A stretch of DNA of 64,000 bases, taken from assembly GCF_006345805.1 (NCBI RefSeq), contig NC_043001.1, positions 9,672,001-9,736,000 of the forward strand, given 5' to 3'. The notes beneath the pieces were generated by a model. It worked only from the letters and a program-made list of their open reading frames with translations, was not told where the DNA came from and did not search any database. Shown here in pieces: positions 26,323 through 40,473 of this stretch; within the stretch, counting starts at the first letter, position 1; each line of letters starts with the position of its first letter. A program made the position numbers and the translations under genes. The DNA is from Octopus sinensis. Taxonomy: Eukaryota.

Positions 26323-27279
26323 AATTCGGTCTCTGTTTTAATTATTTATTTTAATTTAACTAAAAATATATTTTGTACAATCTTCCCATGATAAACTTTG
26401 AAATTAAACTAAACTTGAAATACCATGTGTGTGTGTGTGTGTTTGTGTGTGTGTTTGTGTGTCTGTGTGTAAATTATCATTCATAAAAAAACCCATTAGA
26501 TGCATCAGCTCAGAGGTAGAAGAATATTGTCAACCAGTCTTTTTTCGCCCCTCCTGGAGTTCACGAGTAAAATATAAAAGAATTTGCTCAATCGCTCTCT
26601 GATGTGTTCCAGAGAAGAAAGGAGGGGGAAAAAAAGTTGGTGCAGCCAAAAGAAATCTCTAATTTGTCTGTCTTAGATTGTTAGAACAGTGAAATACACG
26701 ACCAAAATTCATCTGCGTGTCGAAACATTTGCTTTGCAAATAAATATACGTGAGGTAATATCGTGTTTGCTGGGATTTTTTTTGTCATTTTTTTGTTTTG
26801 TTTTGGTATTTTTTTTTTCTAATTTGGTATTTTTTTTTTGTGCTAATTTGATCAAAGCATGTTGCTGTGTGCTAAAACGCAAAGGAGTGTTCTTGGAGGA
26901 ATAATTTCACTAAGTAACATTTTGCTAATTAAAGAATCTTACATTTCCGATCTGTTCTTGCTGATAGTCAAGAAAACTGCAATCTCTTTCTTTCTTTTGC
27001 GGCGGGGGGGGGGAGAAGGGGGCACAAGGGTAAGATTGTGTGTGTGTGTGTGTGTGTGTAAAGATGTATATCAAAAATTAAAAAACAAAAAAAAAACAAG
27101 ATAAGCAATTGAAGGAAAATTGCTTTCCATCTTTTGTGCAAATATTCTCTGATAAATAAATTAACAAAAAAATAATCGACCCTTAACCCCTCTCCCCTCC
27201 CCTTTTCGTGCCTTTGTATGGTTGCAATGCAATAGACGAAGTACGTAAAATACACTGACACTTGTGTGTGAGAAGTGTG

Positions 27280-27322
27280 TGTATATATATATTTGTATAT
27301 ATATATATATAATATAGTGTGC

Positions 27323-27359
<37 letters not shown>

Positions 27360-27540
27360 GTGTGTGTGTGTATATATATGTGTATATAGTGTGTGTGTAA
27401 ATATGTGTATATATATATAGTGTGTGTGTATATATGTGTATATATATATAATGTGTGTATATATGTGTATATATATAGTGTGTATATATATAGTGTGTGT
27501 ATGTATGTATATATATATGTGTGTATGTATATATATGTGC

Positions 27541-27573
<33 letters not shown>

Positions 27574-27686
27574 ATATAGTGTGTGTATATATGTGTATTT
27601 ATATATATATAGTGTGTGTGTATATATGTGTATTTATATATATATAGTGTGTGTGTATATATGTGTATTTATATATATAGTGTGTG

Positions 27687-27722
<36 letters not shown>

Positions 27723-27766
27723 GTGTGCATATATATTGTGTGCATATCTATATTGTGTATATATGC

Positions 27767-27807
<41 letters not shown>

Positions 27808-27855
27808 ATACGCTTATATATTGTGTGTGCATATCTACATTGTGTGTGTTTATAT
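27280..27855. repeat. Compound (TA)n/(TG)n microsatellite
   Basis: Direct reading. Confidence 0.9.
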
Positions 27856-28336
27856 TTATCTGCGCCAAAAGAAAGCATCAGATTGCCATGTACTTCCCCA
27901 CAATATTAATATCTTTCTTTTGCACTTGCTCTGCCAGGCCATGTGCTGGCCTCATTAACTTTCTGCAAGGTTTTCTTAGCCTTAAATAGTTGGCTGTGGA
28001 TGTTGGAAGTTTTGCAAATGCTTCTCGTTCTTTACGATAGTGGTGATGATGATGGTGCTGGTGCTGGTGGTACTACTACTACAGCTGGAAGGGGAGAAGG
28101 AGTTTAATAGTAAGACATTCTAAGATGCCACCACTGTACCGAATTCCACCCCGCACCCCGCCAGGAAAGGGAGGGTGGATGCATCCATTCATTCACATTT
28201 CTTACTACGCTTGTTTTCGTCATCCTATAAATAGTAGTCAGAGAAAACGATGAAAGCAAATTGTTGGAGGCTTCGGCAGACATCGTCGACGTCTGTAGTT
28301 TCATACTTTCTGGCAACACTGTGGTGTAAGATAGTC

Positions 28337-28875
28337 TTTTATTCTTTTGCTTGACTACGGCCATGCTGGAGCACTGCCATTTCAGCGAACAAATCGACAC
28401 CGGGACTTATTCTTTTGCCGAACTGTTAAGCTACGGGGACGTAAACACACCAGCATCGGTTGCCAAGCGATAGTGGTGGTGGTGGAGACAAATACAGACA
28501 CATAAATATAAGTATAATATATATATATATATACGACGGGCTTCTTTCAGTTTCCGTCTGTCAAATCCACTCACAAGGTTATAGTCGATCCAAGGCTATA
28601 GTAGAAAACACTTGCCCAAGGTGCCGAGCAGTGGAACTGAACCCAAGACCATGTGGTTCGGAAGCCAGCTTCTTACCACATATATATATTGTTTCAGTCA
28701 GTGGTTTGTGGCCATGCTGGGGCACCACTTTGAGGAATTTTACCTGAACGAATTGACCCCAGTATATATTTCTTCTCTTAAGCCTGGCACTTATTTTATT
28801 GGTTTCTTTTGCAGAGCCACTAAGGTACAGGGACATAAACACACCAACACCGTTTGTGAAGCGGTGGTGGGATAC
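28337..28875 (-). mobile_element. SINE family A copy plus an adjacent older tail fragment
   Basis: Reverse-complement family A motifs. Confidence 0.8.
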
Positions 28876-31558
28876 ACACACATACACACGTATAGGTGAA
28901 GAGTTAATTTTGTCTTCAGTCTAGTCTCATGAGTTGTCCCCAAAACTACAGTTTTCATAGACGCAAAACCATTGGTTTGGTTGACCTGGGGCTATAGTAG
29001 ACGACACCTGCCCAAGGTGCCACAGTGTATGTGTGTGTGTGTGTGTATATATATCATCATCATCGTTCTAATGTCCATTTGTCCATGACCAAACATTAAC
29101 GTTTCTACTTTAATATATATATATGATAGGCATCTTTCAGTTTCTGTCTAGCAAATCCACTCACACGGCTTTGTTTGGCCTGGGGCTATAGTAGAAGACA
29201 CTTGCCCAAGGTGCAACAACGTATGTGTGTGTGTATGCATGTATATATCATCATCATCATAATTCTAATGTACGTTTGTCCATGCCTGCATGGGTCAGAT
29301 GGAATATTTTAGGCAGCTTCTCTATAGCTGGACGCTCTTTCTGTCGCCAACTTTCACCTGCTTCCAAGCAAAGTGTTCTTTCAACTGGGCCAGACATGTC
29401 TTTCAAGAAGGACTGGAAACAAACCTCATTTGTGACTGTGGTGTTCATTTCACATCCATCATGTGATGTCAAGACAAGAGTACACACACACACACACACA
29501 TATGACAGGTTTCTTTCAGTTTCCATGCACCAAACCCGTTCACCTCACCGACTCCACCCTCTACGCACAACATGCTTACACAACACAAATGTCCTTCCTA
29601 AGTTTCCATCTACCAAATCCACTGAGAAGGCCTCGGTTGGCCCAGAGCTATAAATAAGAATTACTTGCCCTGAGGAGGCAGAGTCATGCAGTGGGACGGA
29701 ATCTGAAACGACACAGTTGGGAAGCGAGCTTCTCGTAAGCAATTAGGCTGATACCAGGAGGGTGGGCATAGATGGAGCCATAGACTATAGGCCACTGGTG
29801 GTGGTGGTGGCAGTGTTATTACAAGCCTTAAAATACACTTTTCTGCTCGGCTGATATCAATTTGGAATGGAGGAGGAAGAGAGGAAGGAAACTTTTATCT
29901 TACATTTTTACTTGTTTCAGCCCCTAAACCGTGGCCATGCTGGAGCATTATCTTTAAGGATTTGCTCAAACAAATCATCCACAGCCCTTTTTTTTTGAAG
30001 TCTAGTATTTGTCATATTGATCTTTTTGTCAAACCATTATTATAAGGATATAAACAAACGAACACCACACATACACACACACATATGTATATGTATGTAT
30101 GTGCCCACACGCTGGGGTTCCACACAGTTTTCACCAACCAAATTCATTGATAAAGCACTGTCTGGCCTGGGGATATAGTAGTGCCTAAGGGGTGCCATAA
30201 AGTGGGACTGAACTCAGAACCACGAGGTTGCAACGTGAATTTCTGTACCACCCAGCCATACTTATGCCATGACATTTCTTTTCTTGACCCTTTAATCAGA
30301 ACAGGAAGGGCCTACACCCATGTCCTGACCTTTTTACTTTTACAGGGTCCCCCAAGATTTGGCGGGAAGATGGAGAAAGCCAAAGATGGGCCCCAAATCT
30401 GCAACAGGCTGAATTCCATTAAAGATATCTAAGAACCAGAAGGTGGTGTTAAGTGGGGCGATGGATTATGTCCACTACGCAGGTCATCTCTGAAGAGGCC
30501 TATGATTAAGGGACAAAGTGGGCAAAGTTTTGGAATAGCTCTTCTTACTTCATTGGGAAAGAAAATGGACAGGGAACTGGTAGAAAGGGGAAGGCAAAAT
30601 TATAAAGAAAAAAGAGGGAAATATTTAGAAAAAAAATCTTTTAAAACTAATGCTTCCTAGCGTGTAGGTTGCGGCAAAATAATCTCAGGTTCAGCAGTCT
30701 TGTTAAATGTTTTAACTGCAAATACACAAAATATAATAAAGCAAACAATGTTAATAACCAAAGGGAAAAAATGGTAAAGCATTAGCTATTTAAAGATTAC
30801 ATTATCATCTACCTAACTTTACTAGCACCGTAACATTGGTTGCATAAAATATGGGAGGTTTTTATGCCGCACCCCGTATGCACCATTATTAATACTGCCG
30901 AAGATCAAACACTCTTTTCCTGTGAAGTGTAGGGGTTTCAAGGAATTAAGTGCTGTGGTCCTGGTTATTCTATTCTCCCCCAAAAGTATCTAGGATGAGA
31001 TTGTGTAATGTTTTGGGGGGGGGGGTTTTAATATGACAAGGTGTGATTTTTATGGAGATTTAGCTGCTATTTCTAGCAAATTGTGTGACCACATTAAAGC
31101 TACTCGGTGTATGTTACTGATCGGGTACTGTGATTAGTGTTAGTTCTCTTACAGTCTCTCATTTACTACTGTGATTATTCAGCTTCAATATTCTCTACCT
31201 CTCCCTTCCACCCCCAATCTCCTCCCTCCCTCTCCCTCTCTCTCTCTCTTGTAAGACGCTGAACATAAGTTTTATGTATTAACTACTACAGTTTTACCTC
31301 AGCCCTCCCCTCGCACTGCAGCCCTTCCTCCCACTCTCCCCCAGCCATTCTAGCCCTCCCTCCCTCCCTCTCTCAACACCAGTCAAAGACAGAGCTTCTA
31401 TGTGGTCACTCGACCTGCTAGAAATAGCAGCCAATTTTTCCATCAATTCACACCCTGTTGTCACAAAGAAGGACATCATCATCATCATCATCATCATCGT
31501 CATCGTTTAACGTCCATGATCGTTGCTGGTATGGGTTATACACACACAAACAGAATGT

Positions 31559-31634
31559 TTCCCAACCAGGGAATTGAACCCCTAGCTGCAACAGTGAAAG
31601 AATGGAATGCTAACCACTCTAGACCACTCGGAGA
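31559..31634 (-). pseudogene. tRNA-Glu(TTC)-like pseudogene
   Basis: Minus strand TCTCCGAGTGGTCTAGAGTGGTTAGCATTCCATTCT-TTC-ACTGTTGCAGCTAGGGGTTCAATTCCCTGGTTGGGAA resembles eukaryotic tRNA-Glu; anticodon stem is disrupted. Confidence 0.65.
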
Positions 31635-31822
31635 TAATGGTCTTAGATAAACTAAGTATGTAAATAAGATGTGATGGTCATAAGTGGAATGGCTTTGGCC
31701 ATTGGTCAAGCTGATGTGAGTAGACTTGAAGCAAACCAACATCTTCCAACATTTCATTGATCGATCTACTTTCTAACCATACATACAGACATATGCACAC
31801 TCATACACACATATATACATAT

Positions 31823-31853
<31 letters not shown>

Positions 31854-31894
31854 GATATGGATATATCTATATATATATATATAGGTATGTATAA

Positions 31895-31925
<31 letters not shown>

Positions 31926-32848
31926 GGTATGTAAAACATACATATATATATATATATATATATAATATATATATATATAGGTATGTATATACATACATAT
32001 AGATATGTATATACATACATATAGAAATGTATATACATACATATAGAAATGTATATACATACATATAGAAATGTATATATATATATTTACCTCAAGGGAT
32101 TAAAGATGCTGCAGTTCTGGTTATTCCATTCTCCCCAAAAGTATCTGGGTTGACATTGTGTAATGCTTTTTGGGCTTTAATATGACAAGGTGTGATTTTT
32201 ATGGAGATTTAGCTGCTTTTCATTTTTATATATATACATATATATACATGCATATACATATATATACATGCATATACATGCATATACATATATATACATA
32301 TTTATATATATGTATGTATATACATATATATACTCACACACTCAAATGTTATGTATGTATACATGTGTATGTGTGTTTTGTATATATATATATATATAAT
32401 CATTTATGCATATATTTGTAACTGAACCAGCCAATGAGGGAGCTTCTTTCCCAGTGATGCTGAACTTTTTTTTTTTACCTGAACCACAGGTGAATAGCAA
32501 GGCATCTTATACGTTTTGTGTTGGAAAGTGAGCAACGAGAAAAATAAGGAATCTTTGTTTTTTTAGAAATTCACTTTTTCTCTTTTACCTGTTTTAGTCT
32601 TTGGACTGTGGCCATGTTGGGTGCTACCTTGGAAAGTATCACCTGAATATTTATTTATTTTTTGTTAAAGTTTGATTCATGTTCTTTTGCATTTCATTTG
32701 CTGAGCCATTTACAGGGATGCAAACAAACCAGCATTGGTTATCAAATGATGGGGATACTGACACGAATACACACATGCACTCACACATGTATATATACAG
32801 AAAACAATACATACATATGTAACATACATGCATATATATATATGTATG

Positions 32849-32880
<32 letters not shown>

Positions 32881-32906
32881 TACATACACACATACACTCA
32901 CACACA

Positions 32907-33084
32907 TGGGGTGTCCATAAATTACCTTAGCAATTTTGAAAATTCGGAAACAAATGGAAAATAAGGATAATTCATCAGTGTTTGTTAGAAAACCTATTAA
33001 AAACATCAGAACATTCCCATGTGGGATCCACTGATAGCATGCAACACATGTGGACAATTGTACAGATAATTTATGGACACTCTA
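32907..33084. mobile_element. Tc1/mariner-type MITE
   Basis: Terminal inverted repeats GGGTGTCCATAAATTA / TAATTTATGGACACTC in a TA context. Confidence 0.7.
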
Positions 33085-33764
33085 TATATATGATAGGCTT
33101 CCACACAGTTTCCATCCATAAGTTCAAACACAAGGCATTACACAGCAAGGGACTGTTGTAGAAGACAATTACCCAAGGTGTTGCTGTGCAGGAGGATTGA
33201 ACCCAAAAACCATGTGGTTGCAAAGTGGACTTAACTTAGTTATTTTACTAAATTCTTTGTTGTGTTTAAAATTAATTGAAAGAAAAACAGACCATCACAA
33301 AATAAATGCGGTAAAAAAAAAGGGCTAAATGATGATGATGATGATGATGATGATGATAAATGCATTAGTCTGACCCAGGACTTTGAAGGAAGATATTTGC
33401 TCCAGGTACTGGACAGTGGAGCTGGACACAAAATTATTGTCGCAGATAATTATTACCTGGATATTACCATCTCAAATTTTGAAAATCATTCAATCATTTC
33501 TCTGGTTTCCAAAGCATTTAAAGGACCGATATTACCACATTGGCCTTGAACAAGATACTAGTCCAGTACAGGGTTTACCAACAACACACATCTGGGGAGT
33601 GAAACCCTAATCTTTCAATTGTAAGTTCAACAGCCTAACCACAAAGGGAGCATCTTAACCACACCTTTTTGCAAATGACCAATCAGATTTTAATATAAAT
33701 CTTTTAATCTTTATATGAAATAGATGAAACAGATATACATAAGATCTATGTATGTCCTATGTAT

Positions 33765-33930
33765 AGGTGCAGGAGTGGCTGTGTGGTAAGTAGCTTGCTA
33801 ACCAACCACATGGTTCCGGGTTCAGTCCCACTGCGTGGCATCTTGGGCAAGTGTCTTCTGCTATAGCCCCGGGCCGACCAATGCCTTGTGAGTGGATTTG
33901 GTAGACGGAAACTGAAAGAAGCCTGTCGTA

Positions 33931-33977
<47 letters not shown>

Positions 33978-34053
33978 ATGTGTTTGTGTGTCTGTGTTTG
34001 TCTCCCTAGCATTGCTTGACAACCGATGCTGGTGTGTTTACGTCCCCATCACT
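33765..34053 (+). mobile_element. SINE family A (3'-truncated)
   Basis: GGAGTGGCTGTGTGGTAAG head and body. Confidence 0.9.
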
Positions 34054-34142
34054 TGCAAAAGGAAACAATCACATCATTGAAATCATGAAGCTATGAGATA
34101 ATGCTTGATTAAGTCAAATAAAATATAAACAAACACAATATA

Positions 34143-34370
34143 TATTTCTTTATTGCCCACAAGGGGCTAAACACAGAGGGGACAAACAAGAACAGACAAA
34201 GAGATTAAGTCGATTACATAACCCCCAGTGTGAAACTGGTACTTTATTTATCGACCCACAAAGTATGAAAGGCAAAGTCAACCTCGGCAGAATTTGAACT
34301 TAGAACGTAATGACAGGTGAAATACCACTAAGCATTTTGTCCCGGCGCACTAACGTTTCTGCCAGCTCGC
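34143..34370 (-). mobile_element. SINE family B
   Basis: B core with CpG-type substitutions (GTCAACCTCGGCAG). Confidence 0.85.
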
Positions 34371-34929
34371 AGAATATATCTGACAGAATAATCCTAAATG
34401 TTAATGCTTACTCTTAACTTGGAACAGATCAGCCTATTAGATTCCATTCATCTTTGAGCCAAACTCACTACAAAATCAAAGAAGCCAACAGCAATGAATT
34501 CTTCTCATTCTACAATATTTATTTACACTTTCACTGACCTGGGTGCCATTGAGAAGGACCTCTGTTCCCCATAGACTTATTACTTGTTACCCATTAACAT
34601 TATCAGCTTGCTGTCTGATTTAATCTGGTACCTGGGTTAACAACAACTACCCCTGGTTATTGGGTACCTTTTTTAGCTGAGTTTACTTTATAGCAAGCAT
34701 CTCGACTCAGTCTCAGATCTGAGGATATCTTCCCATTAGCCTCACTGGCCCTGAAAAGGGGCCATAGATTCTCATTTATTTGTTATTACAAAACTTTTTG
34801 TAAAAGGAATAAAATAAATTTTGTCAGTTCTTTTACTTGGAGATCTATGCCAGCTAAATGGACCCTGTGAATCATTTTATTTGGGCATCCATGCCAATGA
34901 AATGGTCCTCTTAATTCTTTTACCTTGCT

Positions 34930-35148
34930 CATTTGTCTGTCCTTGTTTGTCCTCTCTGTGTTTAGCCCCTTGTGGTTAGTGAAGAAATAGGTATTTCGCA
35001 TGTTGCTACATTCTGAGTTCAAATTCTGCCAAGGTTGACTTAGCCTTTCATCCATTCAGGGTCGATAAATTAAATACCAGTGTAACACTGGGGTCGATGT
35101 AATCGATTAGTCCCCTTCCCACAAATTCCAGGCTCTGTGCCTATAGTA
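34930..35148 (+). mobile_element. SINE family B, 3' part
   Basis: B core and tail; inverted relative to 34143-34370. Confidence 0.8.
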
Positions 35149-36118
35149 ATATGCTTAGATCATAATTTTAACATGAAATTTTCATTTAGATCCCTTTAGA
35201 AACCTAAAGTTTTAACAGGTTGTTTCATGTGGGTTGGCATCAAAAGTGCTAAGATGGTATTGTGTAATTAGAAAAAAACTGAGTTAAGTAAGTAGCTGGT
35301 TTTATTTTAATGACCATACAAACATTGTCCGACATCTTGCTTCGCTTTCTATGCTAGCATGGGTTGGACGAATGACTGAAGGCTGGCAAACCAGATTGCT
35401 GCACCAGGCCTCAATGAGATGAACAAAAAATTTGACCATGAAAATGTCACCTAAACCCAGGCAATAATGGTGTAATCAGACATTGACACGATGGCCCTGG
35501 TGCTACCAATTCTTTCATTATAATTTTGTGGACTCGAAGACAAGAGGAAGGCATTAAATTCGTTAACTTTTTAAATTTTTCCATCAAATGTGCATCGTCT
35601 TAAATTTAGCTTAAAGTATGACACAACACATTGACTGGAAGAATAACCACTTAAGAATCGGTGAATGACAAGTCTAAAAGTTTTGCAATGTTCCACCCAC
35701 CATCTTTAATTAGTTTCCATTGGGTAGCAACCATTCGAGATGCACTCTTTTTTTTTATTTGTATTTTGTTTGTTATGTATCATGTTTATTTTTTCTCCTG
35801 GCAGTTAATAATTGTTATTAACTTTTCATTAATAGATGTGATAAGGTATCACCACACAACTGACAAATTCACACTCACTTACGCACACTTGCACACACAT
35901 GCATGCACGCATACTCTTTCAAAAACACATATACACACCCTATTACACATGCTTGAACACATTATCAATAACACACATACACACGCATAAAATGGTAATA
36001 CAGTCTCCAAATTAATAGCCAAATGCTAGCATTACATAAAACAAAGAGAGAAAGCCAGGACATCTTTCTCCCTCAATAATTATAGATTTTATTATTATTA
36101 TCATTATTATTATCATTA

Positions 36119-36592
36119 TTCTTTTCAACTCTAGGCACAAGCTTCGAAATTTGGGGGGAGGGGGGGCAGTCGATTAGATCAACCCCAGTACGCAACTGGT
36201 ACTTAGTTTATCGACTACGAAAGGATGAAAGACAAAGTTGAACTCAGAATGTAAAGACAGACGAAATATCGCTAAGTATTTCGCCTGGTGGCACACTCCA
36301 TCAAAGTGACATTGGGTACAATTATATGAAACCCAATGTGACCCATCATGACTGCCAGTCTTATAAGAGTACCCCAGGCACAAGCATTACAACCATATGT
36401 GCGTGACATAGTGACTTCATATCAAGATAAACAGTTCATGACCTTGCAGGTGGGAGAGAGCCCCAGTTAGAATTTTCTTTAGTCGAGTAGTCTATCCTAC
36501 ACAAAAGGTCCCCAAATAAGGGTTGTTTAAGGATGAATAACAAAACACACATGTTTCCAGAGGTGAATTATTCAAACCCCAAAGTATTCCTC
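36119..36592 (-). mobile_element. SINE family B fragment joined to a family E fragment
   Basis: B at 36119-36289; E at 36297-36592 matches the reverse complement of ~9145-9425. Confidence 0.75.
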
Positions 36593-37130
36593 TGTGTGTG
36601 GGGGGGGGTGTATAGGAGTATTTTACTTGACCGTTTTGTCAGGAGACAACACAGTCTTCACAGGACTTCTGGGGTTGCTGTAAAGGAAACAGGGAGCTAC
36701 CCTCATGTGCTTGTGTACATACTTCATGCACCCTTAAGAGTACATATGTCTATGATTAATTATTCAGTTAATGATGGGCATTTTTCTTGTTATGTATTAT
36801 GCTTCATGTATAGATGTGTTAAGGTGTGCATGTGTGTAAATTTATGTACCCTTATGTACATATATCTATATATCATTCACTTTATAATACCATCCAGGAG
36901 GTATGTAATACAGACAGTAAAACCAAATAGTGCAGCAGAGGGGCATCCAGGAGTTGTGATCTGGATGGGGCCCTGGTCTCATAGTTTAAAAGGGGCTGGA
37001 ATACTGGCATGAAGGAGAGGGAGGGCTTCTCATCTGAAGATCTTCCACCCTTCAGCTCTCTCTCTCTCTCTCTCTCTCTAGAGTTTCTTGTTACCTGTGT
37101 GCATATTAATTTATCATCCATTTATGTGTA

Positions 37131-37338
37131 TATTCTTTTATTCTTTTACTTGTTTCAGTCATTTGACTGTGGCCATGCTGGAGCACCACCTTTAGTCGAA
37201 CAAATTGACCCCAGGACTTATTCTTTGTAAGCCTAGTACTTATTCTATTGGTCTCTTTTGCCGAACTGCTAAGTTACGGGGATGTAAACACACCAGCATT
37301 GGTTGTCAAATGAAGGTGGGGGGACAAACACACACAAA
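37131..37338 (-). mobile_element. SINE family A, 3' half
   Basis: Tail motif CTTGTTTCAGTCATTTGACTGTGGCCATGCTGG. Confidence 0.85.
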
Positions 37339-37987
37339 TTGGGCATGTTTCTTTGACTAAATCCACAGAGAAGGCTTTAGTTGCCCTGGAGTTACAGAAG
37401 ACAACATATACAAAATCAACTGTACCAACAATCCAACATACCTCCATCATCAGCTGCCCCACAGATATCATTATGGTTTCGACACCTGGACAGTACCACT
37501 CAATCCAGCAGTGTCAACAGCACTAAAATAAGTGTTGTTTGGGGAGCAAACAAACCAAAGAAACCACAACTTTCAAAACCATTTACCCAATGTACAACCA
37601 TATCGATACATATATATATATATAGACACATACACACACACACACATATATATATGTATATAAGGTGGGCTTCTATATCAAATTGACTCACAAGATTTTA
37701 GTCAATCAAAGGTTTCAAGTAGATGGTACTTCATCAAGGTACCATACTATAGGATTGAACCTGAAACATGGTCAGAAAGCAAAGCTCTAAATTATGTATA
37801 CATGAGTCCAAATACTTGAATGTATGCTGAGAGACTGTCTCAGCCCGTTTGCCTTCACATGGTTGATTTCTGTACCAGTGTATATTGGCGATTTAAAAAT
37901 AAGAGTTTTGACTGTTATTTCCAGCAGGTAAACATACGTAGTATGTCCTTTGATTAATTATATATATATTATATATATATAATATAT

Positions 37988-38057
<70 letters not shown>

Positions 38058-38212
38058 CATACATATATATATATATACATATACATACATATACATACAT
38101 ATATATATAGAATAATATGCTACATGTATGTATGTTATAATTATCATTTTATTAAATAAATAAGTTATATTTATATATATATGTGTGTGTGTATATATAT
38201 ATATATTTATAT

Positions 38213-38302
38213 AGTTAATCCTAACAAGAAAACACAAAAAAACAAAAAAACACAACAACGTGAGGACGTGGAACAAATAAAGTATTATTGGATGCTCAGG
38301 AA
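38213..38302 (-). mobile_element. TA-flanked 3' fragment related to the hammerhead cassette family
   Basis: Approximate reverse complement of 54365-54457; shares TTCCYGAGC..AATAC..TTGTT with the sequence downstream of the 54202 motif. Confidence 0.6.
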
Positions 38303-38856
38303 CACACACACACATGTATATATCCCATGCCAGCATGGAACCCAGACGCTAATCAATACATATGAAGTTTGTGTCTCCCATTGAGCATGTTTGCTGTACA
38401 GGTAAACACAAGAGCTTTCAAGATGTATATTTGTCACCAAAAGTGAAACACGGTTGAAATATCTCCCGTGTTTATTCGTCTGTGTATTGTTAAAATAAAG
38501 TCAAGACACAAAGGATTTTGCACATATCTCCAAATAACATTTCTAACCAGTGTTATTACATTCGTAACAAGTTTTAAAATTCTTATTGAAAGAATTTGCA
38601 CAAATTTCACTGCAAAAAAAAAAAAACAGTTCTGCTTCAGTGAATATTATTTTGTGTTTTGTTAAAATATTGCTCCAAACAAAACATTTCCTTCCATATT
38701 TCACAGTGGTGAGTTTTCCTTCCCCCCATTCACTCTCTGATTTGGCTTTATGCATGAAAACTTCATATTTTGAAGAGAATGTTAGACAGAGTTTCCTACA
38801 AACTTTTCCATTAATTTTCAGTTGTGTTTCTGAGAAGGAGTTGGTTTTGTGAGAAA

Positions 38857-39490
38857 GCACATGGCGTTGTGGTTAGGGTATCCTCCTTGTGATCACAAGG
38901 TTGGGAGTTCAATTCCCAACAGTGCATGATTTTGTGGTTAGGCTATCCTCCTCATGATCACTAGATCGGGAGTTCAATTCCCAGCAGTGCATGGCTTTGT
39001 GGTTAGGCTATCCTCCTCATGATCACTAGATCGGGAGTTCAATTCCCAGCAGTGCATGGCTTTGTGGTTAGGGTATCCTCCTCATGATCACAAGGTTGGG
39101 AGTTCAATTCCCAGCAGTGCATGGCTTTGTGGTTGGGGTATTCTCCTTGTAATCACAAGGTTGAGAGTTCAATTCCTAGCAGTGCATGGCTTTGTTGTTA
39201 GAGTATCCTCCTCATAGTCATAATACACAGCATCTCATTGTATCCTTGAGCAAGACACTTTACTTCACAATGATCCAGTCCACTCAGCAGGTAATATATT
39301 TAGTTGTACCTGTAATTACAAAGGGCTGACCTTATCACATTCTGTGTGACACTGAACCACTCTAAGAACTACATTACGAATATGCATGTCTGTGGAGTAC
39401 TCAGCCACTTCCATGTTAATTACACGAGCAGGCTGTTCTGTTGATCAGATCAACAGGAATGCTTGTTGTCATAGCGACCAGAATACTAGT
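38857..39490 (+). mobile_element. SINE family C with a tandemly amplified 65-bp tRNA-like head (5 full units plus 1 partial)
   Basis: Units start at 38861, 38926, 38991, 39056, 39121 and 39186; each full unit has a TGGCTTTGTGGTTAG-like A-box and a GAGTTCAATTCC B-box; a single C body follows. Confidence 0.9.
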
Positions 39491-39831
39491 TTACTTTGCA
39501 CAGTTTACCTTTTACAAACTAATTAAATGTGTGACCTTCGTCATTTGGTGAATTAGTGTAAGACATGGTCTTGTTGTTGTGGTTGTTCCTTTTTTTTAAG
39601 ACAAAGGCCAATGTCCATAATATTTGCTTATTCTCTGAGACTGGTAAAAACAAGAAACCCTGACCCATCCTCTGACAGGCTTCCATACAATCTCTGCTGC
39701 TATCCACCCCAGTTTCACTTACAGACCCTCAAACAATGTGATTTTGGGCAAAAATGCATTTGGTCAAAGAGATGCACATATTTCTGTGCATGTTTTTGCA
39801 CATTACTGCAATATTATTGCACATATTACTA

Positions 39832-40251
39832 CTCTTATTCTTTACTCTTTTACTTGTTTCAATCATTTGAGTGTGGCAATGCTGGAGCACTACCTTTAGT
39901 CGAGCAAATTGACCCCAGGACTTATTCTTTGTAAGCCTAGTACTTATTCTATCGGTCTGTTTTGCCGAACCGCTAGGTTACTGGGGACATAAACACACCA
40001 GCATCAGTTGTCAAGTGATGTTGGTGGGACAAACACAGACACACAAACACACACACACACAGACATATATATATATACGTATATATGATGGGCTTCTTTC
40101 AGTTTCCGTCTGCCAAAATCCACTCACAAGGCTTTGGTTGGCCTGAGGCTATAGTAGAAGACACTTGCCCAAGGTGCCACACAGTGGGACTGAACCTGGA
40201 ACCATGTGGTTAGTAAGCAAGCTACTTACCACACAGCCACTCCTACGCCTA
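39832..40251 (-). mobile_element. SINE family A, full length
   Basis: Complete reverse-complement match with CpG decay. Confidence 0.9.
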
Positions 40252-40473
40252 TGCACAGTGCTGCCCATATTGCACCAAAGTGCTGCACATATTGGTGCAC
40301 ACACTGCTGCACTCATAGCTGTTCATAGTGTTGCCTGTACTGCTGAATATATTAACTGCAGTGTTGCATATGTTGCTGCACATTATTGCACATGTGAAAT
40401 GTTATATGAAGAATTTCTCTTTAGAATTTTTATTTACTACTTTCTAACTTCACCATCCAAATATTTATCATAA

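Noticed and set aside
36533-37012. 159-aa ORF
   Set aside because: Starts in a family E repeat, crosses low-complexity TG/TA sequence and shows no domain signature.
38861-39215. CRISPR-like or functional tRNA gene array
   Set aside because: Contiguous 65-bp units with no unique spacers, no cas genes and no intact cloverleaf; the array runs straight into a SINE body.
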